Of a stretch of DNA of 64,000 bases, positions 1 to 9,965 are shown piece by piece. The stretch's first letter is position 1. Each line of letters starts with the position of its first letter. A program made the translations under genes and the position numbers. The notes under the pieces were generated by a model. That model was not told where the DNA came from. It was given only the letters and a program-made list of their open reading frames with translations, and did no database searches. Origin of the DNA: an uncultured Verrucomicrobiae bacterium (GTDB lineage Bacteria > Chlamydiota > Chlamydiia > Chlamydiales > Rhabdochlamydiaceae); contig OY970364.1 in assembly GCA_963718565.1 (NCBI GenBank), positions 1,664,001-1,728,000 on the forward strand, read 5' to 3'.

Positions 1-947
1 TTCTCTCCGGGGTGAAGGCATCTTCTCAGTTGCCTTACCTCAAGGAACTCCAAGAGCGCCAAGAGCGCTTTCAGAAAAAGGGACCTGATGAATTAGGAAT
101 CACGGGAATCCCCACACACTTTGTCGATTTGGATAAATTGACCAACGGCCTTGGCGCCTCCAACTTAATGATCCTCGCGGCGCGGCCCGCAATGGGAAAG
201 ACCGCCCTTGCACTCAATGTTGTTGAAAATGTCGCTTTTAAAAATTCACTTCCCGTAGGTATCTTCTCTTTGGAAATGACCGCCGAGCAGCTTCTCCATC
301 GCATGATCTGCAGTCAGGCAGAAGTCGAATCGGATAAAATTCGGACAGGTTCGGTCAACGGCATCGAATACCAACGCATCGTCGCTGCTGTCAATTCCAT
401 GATGAAAGGAATTGTGATTATCGACGACCAGCCTGGATTGAAAATCACTGATTTACGCGCCCGTGCACGCCGTATGAAAGAAAGTCATAACATCCAACTT
501 CTCGTCGTCGACTACCTGCAGCTGATCTCAGGTTCGGGACTTTCGCGTAGCGGGGAAAATCGTCAAAATGAAATTTCTGAAATTTCGCGTATGATGAAAA
601 CTTTAGCACGCGAATTGAATTTGCCCATCCTCTGTTTATCCCAGCTCTCCCGTAAAGTCGAAGAAAGGCAAGGCCATCGTCCTATGATGAGTGATTTGAG
701 AGAAAGCGGCGCGATCGAGCAGGATAGCGATATCGTGATGTTCTTATTGCGCCGGGAATACTATGATCCTTATGACAAACCGGGAATGGCAGAGTTGATT
801 GTTGCTAAAAACCGTCATGGAGCTGTGGGAAGTGTGAACCTGACTTACCGAAAAGAACTTGCACAGTTTGCCAACTATTCGCCCATGCATGCAAGTGCTA
901 GCCCTTCTGCAGATAACGATGAGGCTTTCGCTGCTTTTTCTCATTGA
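1..947 (+). CDS. dnaB: Replicative DNA helicase, 5'-truncated by window edge
   Basis: Walker A AARPAMGKT, VDYLQL, LSQLSR, SDLRESGAIEQD, AKNRHG motifs. Confidence 0.97.
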   Translation, partial: LSGVKASSQLPYLKELQERQERFQKKGPDELGITGIPTHFVDLDKLTNGLGASNLMILAARPAMGKTALALNVVENVAFKNSLPVGIFSLEMTAEQLLHRMICSQAEVESDKIRTGSVNGIEYQRIVAAVNSMMKGIVIIDDQPGLKITDLRARARRMKESHNIQLLVVDYLQLISGSGLSRSGENRQNEISEISRMMKTLARELNLPILCLSQLSRKVEERQGHRPMMSDLRESGAIEQDSDIVMFLLRREYYDPYDKPGMAELIVAKNRHGAVGSVNLTYRKELAQFANYSPMHASASPSADNDEAFAAFSH

Positions 948-1007
948 TTACCAATGGGTTACACGAAAAATCTCCCGAGCATTGGCCTCTGCTAATTTTT
1001 TATTTTA

Positions 1008-1039
1008 GAGGGAATTGCAAAACTCCTCGCTGCATAAAA
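1008..1039. repeat. Family A MITE, single end fragment
   Basis: GAGGGAATTGCAAAACTCCTCGCTGCATAAAA matches one end of the 182-bp element; followed by an imperfect hairpin to ~1104. Confidence 0.85.
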
Positions 1040-1202
1040 CGGCAAGCCAAGATTTGAACTGATTTCGCGAGCGAAGCGAGTGAAATTAGTCCAAACCCAA
1101 GTATAATCCCTTTACTTTTTCTTATTTTGCTTATAAACTCGCCATTTACTTTTTAATAGACCCTTTTTAAGTTGATATTTAGATCAGGGAGCATTATTCT
1201 CT

Positions 1203-1289
1203 ATGGCATCTGTAAAGAAAAAACGCCGTGCTAAGATCGCAAAGCACAAAAGAAAAAAAAGACGCCGCCGTGATCGGCACAAAAAATAA
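1203..1289 (+). CDS. 28-aa basic protein, bS22/mS38 (AURKAIP1/COX24)-like ribosomal protein; absent from ORF track
   Basis: Hand translation MASVKKKRRAKIAKHKRKKRRRRDRHKK*; matches MxSVxKKRRxKxxKHKxKK pattern; GGGAG upstream. Confidence 0.85.
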   Translation: MASVKKKRRAKIAKHKRKKRRRRDRHKK

Positions 1290-1322
1290 CTCTAAAAATT
1301 AGAGTTGTTTCGAGAGGGCCTC

Positions 1323-1496
1323 TATACCGAAACAACATGAAGAATTGAAATTTTGGCAAAGCTGGCGCCCAAAGTTTGAACCAGCGAAGCGGCGACGAAG
1401 CAGCACAACTTGAACAAGTTGTGCGATGCAGGCGGGATCAAAATCTGGGATGTCCAGCGCAGCCAAAAAACCGATTCTTCATGTTGTTTCGGTATA
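1323..1496. repeat. Family C palindromic MITE-like element (174 bp)
   Basis: Perfect 23-bp terminal inverted repeat TATACCGAAACAACATGAAGAAT; end fragment recurs at 18303-18319. Confidence 0.85.
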
Positions 1497-1559
1497 AACT
1501 TAAGCAATGAAAGTCTATTGCAGTAGGGGTTTTTGTCATTACTCAATCCGTTCTTTTTG

Positions 1560-1629
1560 ACCTGAGTTTTGGACTTTTTTTATAGTAAACTGGGCGCAGT
1601 ATGGTATGAAATGAACCCAAAACTCAGGT
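1560..1629. repeat. Family B MITE-like element, short form
   Basis: ACCTGAGTTTTGG...CCAAAACTCAGGT; same ends at 29620-29700 and 30903-31147. Confidence 0.85.
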
Positions 1630-1639
1630 TTTTTAAATC

Positions 1640-3472
1640 ATGTGGACATACCCAGAAGAATTTGATGTCATTGTCGTAGGTGCCGGACACTCGGGTTGTG
1701 AAGCTGCACATGCAGCTGCAAAAATGGGAGCCAAAACTCTCCTATTGACAATGAATCTGGACACGATCGCCAAGATGAGTTGCAATCCGGCTGTTGGGGG
1801 GACCGCGAAGGGACATATCGTCCGTGAAATCGATGCTCTTGGCGGGATCATGGGAAAAGTGACGGATCAAACAGGAATTCAGTTTCGGATGCTGAATGCC
1901 TCCAAAGGGCCAGCTGTCTGGTCTCCACGAGCGCAAACGGATAAGTTCGCTTACGCAGCCGCCATGAAACATCGCCTCGAGAAAGCCCCCAACTTGTTGA
2001 TTAAGCAAGGGACCACGGAATCTCTTGTTGTTGCAGGAAATAAGATCTGCGGACTCGCAACCCTGGAAGGGATTGGCTATCAAGGTAAAACCCTTATCAT
2101 TTCCTCTGGGACATTTATGCGAGGCTTGATCCATATTGGACAGGCCCAATTTCCAGGCGGAAGGGCGGGAGATAAGCCTTCCGTGGGTTTGTCTGCCCAT
2201 TTAGAATCGCTTGGGTTTAGATTAGGACGGTTAAAAACAGGCACACCACCGCGCATCAACCGACGCAGTATCGACTTTTCTCAAATGCAAGAGCAGCCTG
2301 GAGAAGAAGGCATCCGTTTTTCTTACGATGAAGCGGAAGGTCCAGGCCTTCCCCAAGTCCCATGCCACATCACTTATACTAACGAGGAGACCAAGAAAGT
2401 CATCCGCGAAAATCTCCATCTTTCTCCGATGTACTCCGGACAAATCAAAAGTATTGGTCCAAGATACTGTCCTTCCATTGAAGATAAAATCGTCCGATTT
2501 GCAGATAAAGAGCGGCATCAATTGTTCCTCGAACCCGAAGGTTTAAACACGGAAGAAATTTACGTTAACGGAATTTCATCCTCTCTTCCTTTCGATGTCC
2601 AGCTCCGCATGCTGCATACGATTCAAGGACTGGAAAAAGCAGAAGTCATGCGCCCCGCTTATGCGATCGAATACGACTACGTGAAAAGCGGACAGCTTTA
2701 TTCCACTTTAGAAACTCAACTTATCGAAGGTTTGTTCTTCGCGGGACAAATCAATGGGACAACAGGATATGAGGAGGCGGCGGGGCAAGGCCTCATTGCT
2801 GGAATCAATGCCGCATTGAAAGTTGCTAGCAAACCTCCTTTTGTCCTCAAGCGCTCTGAGGCATACATCGGCGTCATGATCGATGAGCTCATTTCTAAAG
2901 AACTCGATGAGCCTTATCGCATGTTCACAAGCCGTGCAGAGCATCGTCTGCTGCTTCGTCAAGATAATGCCGATCTGCGTTTGCGCGAATTTGGGTACCA
3001 TTTGGGATTGATTGACTCCGGACGTTATCAACGGCTCCAAGAAAAGAAAACATGCATAGAATCTGAAATTGCCCGACTGACCAAAACGTACTGTCAAGTT
3101 AATGGAAAATCGATATCTCTTGCACAGCTTCTCTGTCGTCCAGAATTTACCTGCCAAAAAATTTTGGAAGAATTCTCCGATCGTGTCACTGATTACGGCC
3201 CAGAGATCAACTTCCAAATTGAGCTGAACTTAAAGTATGCAGGATATATTGAAAGGCAGACGCAAGAAGCGGCCAAATTGGAAACGATCGAACGTTTTCT
3301 GATTCCCAAAAATTTTAATTTTTTAGAAGTCACAGGATTAAGCAATGAGGCACGTGAAAAACTCCATCGTATTCAACCTTCCAATCTCGGGCAAGCTTCC
3401 CGCGTTTCCGGTGTTTCCCCAGCAGATATCTCCGTTTTAATGGTTGCACTCAAACAAAATCAAAAAAGGTGA
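1640..3472 (+). CDS. mnmG: tRNA uridine-5-carboxymethylaminomethyl modification enzyme MnmG/GidA
   Basis: GAGHSG FAD motif, [34 protein letters not shown]. Confidence 0.98.
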   Translation: MWTYPEEFDVIVVGAGHSGCEAAHAAAKMGAKTLLLTMNLDTIAKMSCNPAVGGTAKGHIVREIDALGGIMGKVTDQTGIQFRMLNASKGPAVWSPRAQTDKFAYAAAMKHRLEKAPNLLIKQGTTESLVVAGNKICGLATLEGIGYQGKTLIISSGTFMRGLIHIGQAQFPGGRAGDKPSVGLSAHLESLGFRLGRLKTGTPPRINRRSIDFSQMQEQPGEEGIRFSYDEAEGPGLPQVPCHITYTNEETKKVIRENLHLSPMYSGQIKSIGPRYCPSIEDKIVRFADKERHQLFLEPEGLNTEEIYVNGISSSLPFDVQLRMLHTIQGLEKAEVMRPAYAIEYDYVKSGQLYSTLETQLIEGLFFAGQINGTTGYEEAAGQGLIAGINAALKVASKPPFVLKRSEAYIGVMIDELISKELDEPYRMFTSRAEHRLLLRQDNADLRLREFGYHLGLIDSGRYQRLQEKKTCIESEIARLTKTYCQVNGKSISLAQLLCRPEFTCQKILEEFSDRVTDYGPEINFQIELNLKYAGYIERQTQEAAKLETIERFLIPKNFNFLEVTGLSNEAREKLHRIQPSNLGQASRVSGVSPADISVLMVALKQNQKR

Positions 3473-3475
3473 TTC

Positions 3476-4417
3476 ATGACCAGCTCAGATTCACTCCCGA
3501 TCATTTTGGTCGTTTCTGCGGACAGCTACAAAAGCGCTTTTTTTAAACGCACGCTGCAAGGGTTATTTTATGTGATCGATGCCACTGATAGTTTTACAGC
3601 CGTTGATTGGCTGAAAGGCGTGCACGCTTCCCTCATTATTCTCGATGAAAAAACTCTCTCAAACACATGGCCCATTATCGCCGATCATATTAGAACCTTA
3701 AGCGGCTATCGCGAGGTTCCTCTTTTATTGATCACTAATAACCTTAAAAAAAATTTTCTCGTTAAAGCGCTAAATATGGGGATTACCGATTTTCTCAATG
3801 AGCCTTTCGATGCGGATGAAGTATTTCAGCGTATTCTTGTCGCTACTCAATCAAAGCCCGTGACAAAAAAAATCACTCTAATGGCTAAAAAATTCAAAAA
3901 AACGCCCTCCATATCCCCTGCTAAACTCTCTTCACCTCAACGTTTTGTCATTACTGAAGATGCCATCAAAGAAATTGCGACAGTGCAGCGAAAACATCAA
4001 TCGATGTGTTTGCTGCTCTTAGAAATGGATGGCTTTCAAAAAATCGCCCAGGAAGTTGGCGAGGGAGGGGCGCAGAAACTCCTCTCGCATATTCAACATC
4101 TGTTCAAAACTCATCAACGGCGCCTAGACGTCATCTTACCTCAAGGCAATGGCCGGTTTTTATGGATGTTGCCCAATACTTCTCATCGCGCCGCAATGAC
4201 AATAGCGGAGACTTTGCGCAAAGAGATTCAAGAAAAACCGTTTCCTATCAAATCGCATTCCATTCCGCTCTCTTTATCGATTGGAGTCGTCACTCTCGAT
4301 AAAAACTCTGTCTTGTCTCAAAGCGCCTATGACCAATTCGGCTCTTTACTAGGAAAAGTTGACCGTGCTCTTAATAAAGCCAAGCAAAAAGGCAATCAAA
4401 TTATTTCGGAGAAGTAA
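3476..4417 (+). CDS. Receiver domain plus degenerate GGDEF domain protein
   Basis: N-terminal REC-like (LIILDE, GITDFLNEPF); C-terminal GGDEF-fold cues (EMDGFQKI, SLSIGV, VDRALNKAKQKGN) with GNGRF in place of GGDEF. Confidence 0.75.
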   Translation: MTSSDSLPIILVVSADSYKSAFFKRTLQGLFYVIDATDSFTAVDWLKGVHASLIILDEKTLSNTWPIIADHIRTLSGYREVPLLLITNNLKKNFLVKALNMGITDFLNEPFDADEVFQRILVATQSKPVTKKITLMAKKFKKTPSISPAKLSSPQRFVITEDAIKEIATVQRKHQSMCLLLLEMDGFQKIAQEVGEGGAQKLLSHIQHLFKTHQRRLDVILPQGNGRFLWMLPNTSHRAAMTIAETLRKEIQEKPFPIKSHSIPLSLSIGVVTLDKNSVLSQSAYDQFGSLLGKVDRALNKAKQKGNQIISEK

Positions 4418-4430
4418 TACTTGGAAAAAT

Positions 4431-5132
4431 ATGTTTCAGGTGCTTCGATTAAAATCTTATCCCATTTTTGACCAACTTCTCCTCGAAGAGAAACTCTTGC
4501 GTTCTGATTCAGGCAATTGGTGTCTGATCAATGAAGGCTCAACACCTGCGATTGTGATGGGCATTTCTGGGAAAAAGGAGGAATGGGTCGATTGTGCAAG
4601 AGTTGCAGAAGATAAGATCCCTTTGATTAAACGATTCAGTGGTGGCGGGACCGTCTTTGTCGATGAGGACACTTTGTTCATTACTTTCATTTGTCAAAAG
4701 CAGCTTCACAATTTTCCTGCTTATCCCGAGCCAATCATGCGATGGACAGAACAGATTTATGCGCAAGCGTTCCAACACCCTGGATTTTGCCTAAAAGAAA
4801 ATGATTATGTCATCGAAGATCGAAAATTCGGCGGTAATGCACAATACATCAAAAAAGATAGGTGGCTGCATCACACTTCCCTTTTATGGAATTTCTCTTC
4901 CGAAAAGATGCAGTATCTGCTTCATCCTAAAAAAACGCCTTCCTACCGCTCTGGACGCCCGCATGAGGAATTCCTTTGCCGGCTCTCGGAATATTTTGCT
5001 GATAAGGAAGAATTCATTGAACGGGTTATCCATGAAATTGGGAAACGCTTCCCTATTCAGAAAATTTCTCTGGAAGAAGCGCAATCCATCCCTCAACATT
5101 CCACTCGTCAATCAACTAAAAGATATGGGTAA
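4431..5132 (+). CDS. lplA: Lipoate-protein ligase A family protein
   Basis: KRFSGGGTVF, KFGGNAQ, HHTSLL; ATG at 4431 after upstream stop. Confidence 0.9.
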   Translation: MFQVLRLKSYPIFDQLLLEEKLLRSDSGNWCLINEGSTPAIVMGISGKKEEWVDCARVAEDKIPLIKRFSGGGTVFVDEDTLFITFICQKQLHNFPAYPEPIMRWTEQIYAQAFQHPGFCLKENDYVIEDRKFGGNAQYIKKDRWLHHTSLLWNFSSEKMQYLLHPKKTPSYRSGRPHEEFLCRLSEYFADKEEFIERVIHEIGKRFPIQKISLEEAQSIPQHSTRQSTKRYG

Positions 5133-5166
5133 TAACATGTGTCCGCGTTTCCGACATATGAAATGG

Positions 5167-5498
5167 AGGCATTACTTCAATGCCTAGCCTCAACACTTTG
5201 ATTTACACCCCCAAAATTTACAAAAATTGCCTCAAAATCTAAGACAATTTACTATAGAGGGAATTGCAAAACTCCTCGCCAGCAGAAAATCGATGATTTT
5301 GGCACCTGTTGCCAGAACCCGCACAGCGGGTTCGGTTGGCGGCGGCGAAAGCATACTTGGATAAGTTGGCTGCGAAGACACGAAAAGGTCCGGGGAACCT
5401 TCGTAAGTAGCAAAGCAGGTGAGCGAAGAGCGAACCGGGGCCGAAGGCAGCCGCCGCCAAGGCAACAGGTGCCAAAAGCGCGATTAGAGAACCCAAAC
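5167..5498. repeat. Nested repeat: long family A copy (5257-5485) inserted in a family B remnant
   Basis: 5167-5256 matches the B internal/right part (cf. 31007-31126); A starts after ACTATA; B-like GAACCCAAAC resumes at 5489. Confidence 0.75.
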
Positions 5499-5510
5499 TT
5501 TGAGGCTTTT

Positions 5511-5960
5511 ATGTCATCACTTGATGTCCGTCTTCATGACTGTATTGAAAAATACAACGTTCTACAGAAACCAACAGAGCAAATTAACGCATATTTCCAA
5601 GAACACCCTAATTTCTATAAGGTCGCTCTACTTGTAAATCACGTTTGTCGCGCCCTTGCCATGGCCGCTTTCTGTTCAATGCTCCCCTTTTCAGGTGCGA
5701 TCAACGTCGCTATTTGTTTTGCAGGATCGCTCTTTTACCGCCTCACTGTGGAAACGAATTGCGCCTATAAATTTGCTCTTCCAGCTTTTGCTGGATCGAT
5801 CGCAATCCCGATGGCAATGACGGCACTAAATCCTATCATCACTGGCGTGGCTCTTGCTTCATTAACCGGCCTTGGCCCCGCCTTTGTTTCCCTCATTCCA
5901 CTCGCTGCTTATATCACTTACATTGTCTTGACGGTGAACTATGACGTGGACAATCGCTAG
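5511..5960 (+). CDS. Hypothetical multi-pass membrane protein
   Basis: ATG 5511 preceded by GAGG; about four hydrophobic segments. Confidence 0.65.
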   Translation: MSSLDVRLHDCIEKYNVLQKPTEQINAYFQEHPNFYKVALLVNHVCRALAMAAFCSMLPFSGAINVAICFAGSLFYRLTVETNCAYKFALPAFAGSIAIPMAMTALNPIITGVALASLTGLGPAFVSLIPLAAYITYIVLTVNYDVDNR

Positions 5961-5982
5961 AGGGAGTTGCAAAACTCCTCGC
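5960..5982. repeat. Family A solo terminal repeat between convergent stop codons
   Basis: GAGGGAGTTGCAAAACTCCTCGC. Confidence 0.8.
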
Positions 5983-6758
5983 TAACTATCTGGAAGGCTA
6001 ATCATTTCCTTGAGGGCTTGTTTAACAACAGAGCGTCCCATCAGCGCAATTGATTCGGTCAAAGGGATCTTTTTGGGGCAGACCGCAGCACAATTTTGCG
6101 CATTACCGCAATCTGTGACTCCCCCTTCTTCCATCAAAGGACGAAGACGCTCACCTTCCATCAACTTACCGACCGGATGCGAGTTGAAAAGACGCACTTG
6201 AGAAATAGGCGCAGGACCGATGAATTTGGAGCGCGCATTCACTTGAGGGCAAGCTTCGGTGCAGCAGCCACAAGTCATGCAGGTAGAGAGGACGTACATC
6301 GCTTCTTGAACTTTGGGACTGATTTTAGGTCCAAACCCGCGATCAAGCGCATCGTCCACTTCAACCCAGGCTCTGATTCGCTTAAGACTCTCGAACATGA
6401 GATCGCGATTGATGACAAGATCTTTGACAAGAGGAAATTTTGTCAACGGGGCAATGGCTACGGTATTGCTTGCAGTGGATTCAAGCAATTGATGGATCAA
6501 GGCCGTACAACCCTGTCTTGGGCGGCCATTGATCAACATGGAACACGATCCGCAAACCTCTTCCAAGCACCCTTGTTCCCAAGCAACGGGAGTGACTTTT
6601 TCTCCTTTGTGATTGATGGGATTTTTTTGAACCTCCATCAACGCTGCGGTGATATTAAAATAAGGCTTGAGTTCCAGTTCAAATTCTTCCCAATATTGCT
6701 TTCCAGAAACGCCGCGATACACTTTAAGAATAAATGTTCTTTTTGGCTTGTTTTCCAT
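5982..6758 (-). CDS. sdhB: Succinate dehydrogenase iron-sulfur subunit
   Basis: CLEEVCGSC, CMTCGCCTEACP, CGNAQNCAAVCP Fe-S motifs. Confidence 0.97.
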   Translation of the reverse strand: MENKPKRTFILKVYRGVSGKQYWEEFELELKPYFNITAALMEVQKNPINHKGEKVTPVAWEQGCLEEVCGSCSMLINGRPRQGCTALIHQLLESTASNTVAIAPLTKFPLVKDLVINRDLMFESLKRIRAWVEVDDALDRGFGPKISPKVQEAMYVLSTCMTCGCCTEACPQVNARSKFIGPAPISQVRLFNSHPVGKLMEGERLRPLMEEGGVTDCGNAQNCAAVCPKKIPLTESIALMGRSVVKQALKEMISLPDS

Positions 6759-6770
6759 GCTTTCTTCTAC

Positions 6771-8654
6771 TCAGATAGGCAATTTGATGTTGGCTGGCAC
6801 ATTTTCAAAATGGGGAACGACTTTCTTCGCTTTGCTATAATCGCGAGCCACCGGTTTCAAGTAACGCAGGTCAACAGGGAGGTAACTGATCACAGGCTCG
6901 TCTTGATTCGGATCATATGTTGCCAGGGTGGTTTTCAACCAGTTTTGATCTTCGCGCTGAGAAAATTCAGGTTTATAATGCGAACCTCGGAACTCATCGC
7001 GCAACAATGCGCCTTTTGTGATCACGAGCGCAATTTCTAGCATGGGACCAAATTGACTCGCAAAAGCATACGTTTGATTGACAGTAGAGCCGCGGTCATC
7101 GAGACTGATCTGCTTGTAGCGTTCTCGAATTTCTTTAATTAGATTCACTGTTTTTTTCAGATCGGCATTATTGCGCTTCACCGTGACGTTCTTGATCATC
7201 ACATCTGCAAGCTCATCGTGCAATCGGTGGACGTTTTCCTTTCCTTCTCGTGTCATCAAATCCTGTTTCAAAGTCTCTTCACTAGTCAGTGCGTCCGCAA
7301 ATAGGCGCGAAGGTAAGTTGCCGTAACTCGCGCTCAACGTTTCGAGATAACGAGGAACTTCCATTCCTGCGACAAGCCCGCCAAAAATGCAAGAAAGCAA
7401 AGAGTTGGCGCCAAGACGATTAGCCCCATGATACTGAAATTCTGATTCGCCAACGTTAAAACAGCCTGGAATATTGGTCATTTGTCGAAAACGCTGCATG
7501 CGATCAGGATCATCTGCCGCCGGCCAGTCGACCCAAGCGCCTCCCATCGAATAATGGACAGCAGGAAAGATCTTCATCGGAACTCGGTGGGGATCGTCAC
7601 CTGTAAACTTCCGATAGATATCGAGGACCGATTCAATCTTATGTTGAATTTTAGCAGAAAGATGAGAGACGTCGAGATAGACCTGCATGCTGCCATCGAT
7701 GCCAAGGCCGAGCTCGCAAATGCGCAAGACCTCGCGAGCGCCAATGTCGCGTGGCACAAGGTTGCCAAAGGCAGGGTACATCTCTTCGAGGAAATACCAC
7801 GGCTGTCCAGTAAGACCGCAAGGAATCGTTCTCCCATCTGGGGCCATGATCGATTTTGAGGAGTCGCCATAGACCCAAACTCTTCCCCCCTCGCCGCGTG
7901 CTGACTCCGAGATTAAACGCAATTTATCTTCGCCAGGGATCGCCGTCGGATGGATCTGGATGAATTCCCCATTGGCGTATTTCATCCCTTGCATATAAAG
8001 ACGACCATTGGCAGCCCCGGTGCAAAAAGTCGAGTTAGTCGATTTTTTAAAAATAAGACCTGGACCGCCGGTCCCAAAAACAACAGCATCCGCTTTCAAT
8101 ACATCGAGCTTTAAATTGTTGAGGTCCATGATCACGATGCCGCGCGCGCACCCTTCTTCATCGAGAACAAGTCGCATAAATTCGTGATGTTCAAATTTTT
8201 CGACTTGCCCGTGTGCTTCATAGCGGCGGACTTGTTCATCTAAGGAATAAAGCAGCTGTTGCCCCGTGGAAGCACCACAAAAAGCTGTACGGTGATAGAG
8301 AGTTCCTCCAAATCGACGAAAATCAACATTACCTTCGGGAGTTCGGTTGAAAGTGCAACCAAATCGATCCAGCATTCGAATGATCCCCGGAGCAGCAAGA
8401 CACATCTCGAGCACAGGGGGTTGATCGGCGAGGAAATCACCTCCCTTAATTGTATCGTAAGCATGAATGAGCGGTGAGTCTTCCTCATTTTTTAAATTCA
8501 TCGCGGCATTGATTCCGCCTTGAGCACATACAGAATGGGATCGTTTGACTTTCGTTACGGAGACGATCTTGACATGACATCCATTTTCAGCCAGTTTCAT
8601 TGCACAGCTTAAGCCCGCAAGGCCTCCGCCAACTACGATGACTTCTTTTCCCAT
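6771..8654 (-). CDS. sdhA: Succinate dehydrogenase flavoprotein subunit
   Basis: GGGLAG, RSHSVCAQGG, HGANRLGANSL. Confidence 0.98.
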   Translation of the reverse strand: MGKEVIVVGGGLAGLSCAMKLAENGCHVKIVSVTKVKRSHSVCAQGGINAAMNLKNEEDSPLIHAYDTIKGGDFLADQPPVLEMCLAAPGIIRMLDRFGCTFNRTPEGNVDFRRFGGTLYHRTAFCGASTGQQLLYSLDEQVRRYEAHGQVEKFEHHEFMRLVLDEEGCARGIVIMDLNNLKLDVLKADAVVFGTGGPGLIFKKSTNSTFCTGAANGRLYMQGMKYANGEFIQIHPTAIPGEDKLRLISESARGEGGRVWVYGDSSKSIMAPDGRTIPCGLTGQPWYFLEEMYPAFGNLVPRDIGAREVLRICELGLGIDGSMQVYLDVSHLSAKIQHKIESVLDIYRKFTGDDPHRVPMKIFPAVHYSMGGAWVDWPAADDPDRMQRFRQMTNIPGCFNVGESEFQYHGANRLGANSLLSCIFGGLVAGMEVPRYLETLSASYGNLPSRLFADALTSEETLKQDLMTREGKENVHRLHDELADVMIKNVTVKRNNADLKKTVNLIKEIRERYKQISLDDRGSTVNQTYAFASQFGPMLEIALVITKGALLRDEFRGSHYKPEFSQREDQNWLKTTLATYDPNQDEPVISYLPVDLRYLKPVARDYSKAKKVVPHFENVPANIKLPI

Positions 8655-8663
8655 CTTAAGTCC

Positions 8664-9692
8664 TTAGAGACGTTCTCTTAAATTAATCCAATAAGTTCCC
8701 CATACAGCAATCAATCCGAGGAAGAGAAGAACTGCCATAAAAACAATGGAGACCATCACCCATGCTCTTTGTGCGGCCATTTTTAGCACCCATCCCCAAG
8801 TGATGAGAAATGTCCAAAACCCATTGCAGGCATGAAAACAAGCTGCAATGACAAAAATTGTGTACAGCGCAATGTAAATAGGATTTTTAAAAGTATTGCG
8901 CACCGCTAACAGTGACGCTGTGCCAAATTCTTTAGCGCAAGCAATGACATGTCCTGGAGACAACTTTTCTGTTTCTAGCGCTTGTACAAAATTGAGATGC
9001 GCTTGGTAGTTTTGTGCGGATCCTAATACGAGTGCTTTTTGCGAGTTATACTCTTGTGCTACAGGCCCTGTCCAAGGGTTAAACTTTTCTCCTTCTATCC
9101 TCTTTGCAACTTCTAACAAAGTTCGCTCTTTGCCACGCGCATCCAGAGCGACTCTTTCCTTTGCGACTGCATTCGCGTCAAAGAGAACAATATTCAGGCG
9201 ATCTGCCAATGTGTAAAGCCCATTGTCCATCGAAATGTCCACGAGATACACTGTCTGATCACCTACATGAACCTTATTCGGATATTCTAAAAATCGAAAT
9301 TTTGCGACGTGTAAAACGATCCCAATCAGCAAAATCCATGACGTGATGCGCTGCCAAGTATAGGCTTGATTGCGTCCTAAAGGTAAATGAGGCGCGCTCC
9401 CATCGCTGCGGTTGCTATTAAATCTCGCAGTCAACAAATACTTCACTCCCCAACAGGCATGAATGAAAATCGGTACTCCAATCAACATGATTTCAATCAC
9501 TTCGAGATAAGGCAGATTGTGAATGGCGTTGACCATTTCGACAAAACCTTTCCCATCATCCCCAAGCCAAAGGGCAGCCTGCGAATTGGTAAGCAAGTGT
9601 TCCATTAAAAACAGCACAATCCAAAGGCCCATCAAGGAATGGATTCTTCGCCAGATAAATGCCTTGGGTATTGCAGCAGACGCTACAGTCAT
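8664..9692 (-). CDS. sdhC: Succinate dehydrogenase cytochrome b558 subunit
   Basis: RRIHSLMG, WQRITS, FHACNG heme-His motifs; first gene of sdhCAB; start uncertain. Confidence 0.9.
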   Translation of the reverse strand: MTVASAAIPKAFIWRRIHSLMGLWIVLFLMEHLLTNSQAALWLGDDGKGFVEMVNAIHNLPYLEVIEIMLIGVPIFIHACWGVKYLLTARFNSNRSDGSAPHLPLGRNQAYTWQRITSWILLIGIVLHVAKFRFLEYPNKVHVGDQTVYLVDISMDNGLYTLADRLNIVLFDANAVAKERVALDARGKERTLLEVAKRIEGEKFNPWTGPVAQEYNSQKALVLGSAQNYQAHLNFVQALETEKLSPGHVIACAKEFGTASLLAVRNTFKNPIYIALYTIFVIAACFHACNGFWTFLITWGWVLKMAAQRAWVMVSIVFMAVLLFLGLIAVWGTYWINLRERL

Positions 9693-9769
9693 GAAAAAAT
9701 CCTTAAGATAAAACGGCTTTATACCCAAGTTGTCTCAAAATTTGGGTATACATTCGATGATTAACACTT

Positions 9770-9951
9770 GAGGGAATTGCAAAACTCCTCGCCGCATAAA
9801 ATCGCGCTTTTGGCACCTGTCGCCTTGGCGGCGGCTCTCCTACTTATCCAAGTATGCTTTCGCCGCCGCCAACCGAACCCGCTGTGCGTGTTCTGGCAAC
9901 AGGTGCCAAAATCATCGATTTTCTGCTGGCGAGGGATTTTGCAATTTCCTC
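9770..9951. mobile_element. Family A MITE, complete 182-bp copy with ACTT target duplication
   Basis: GAGGGAATTGC...GCAATTTCCTC flanked by ACTT on both sides. Confidence 0.92.
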
Positions 9952-9965
9952 ACTTGTTTTACAAG

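Noticed and set aside
6096..7040. 314-aa ORF antisense to sdhA/sdhB and similar shadow ORFs (e.g. 28685-29302, 44767-45384)
   Set aside because: Overlap well-supported genes on the opposite strand and show no motifs
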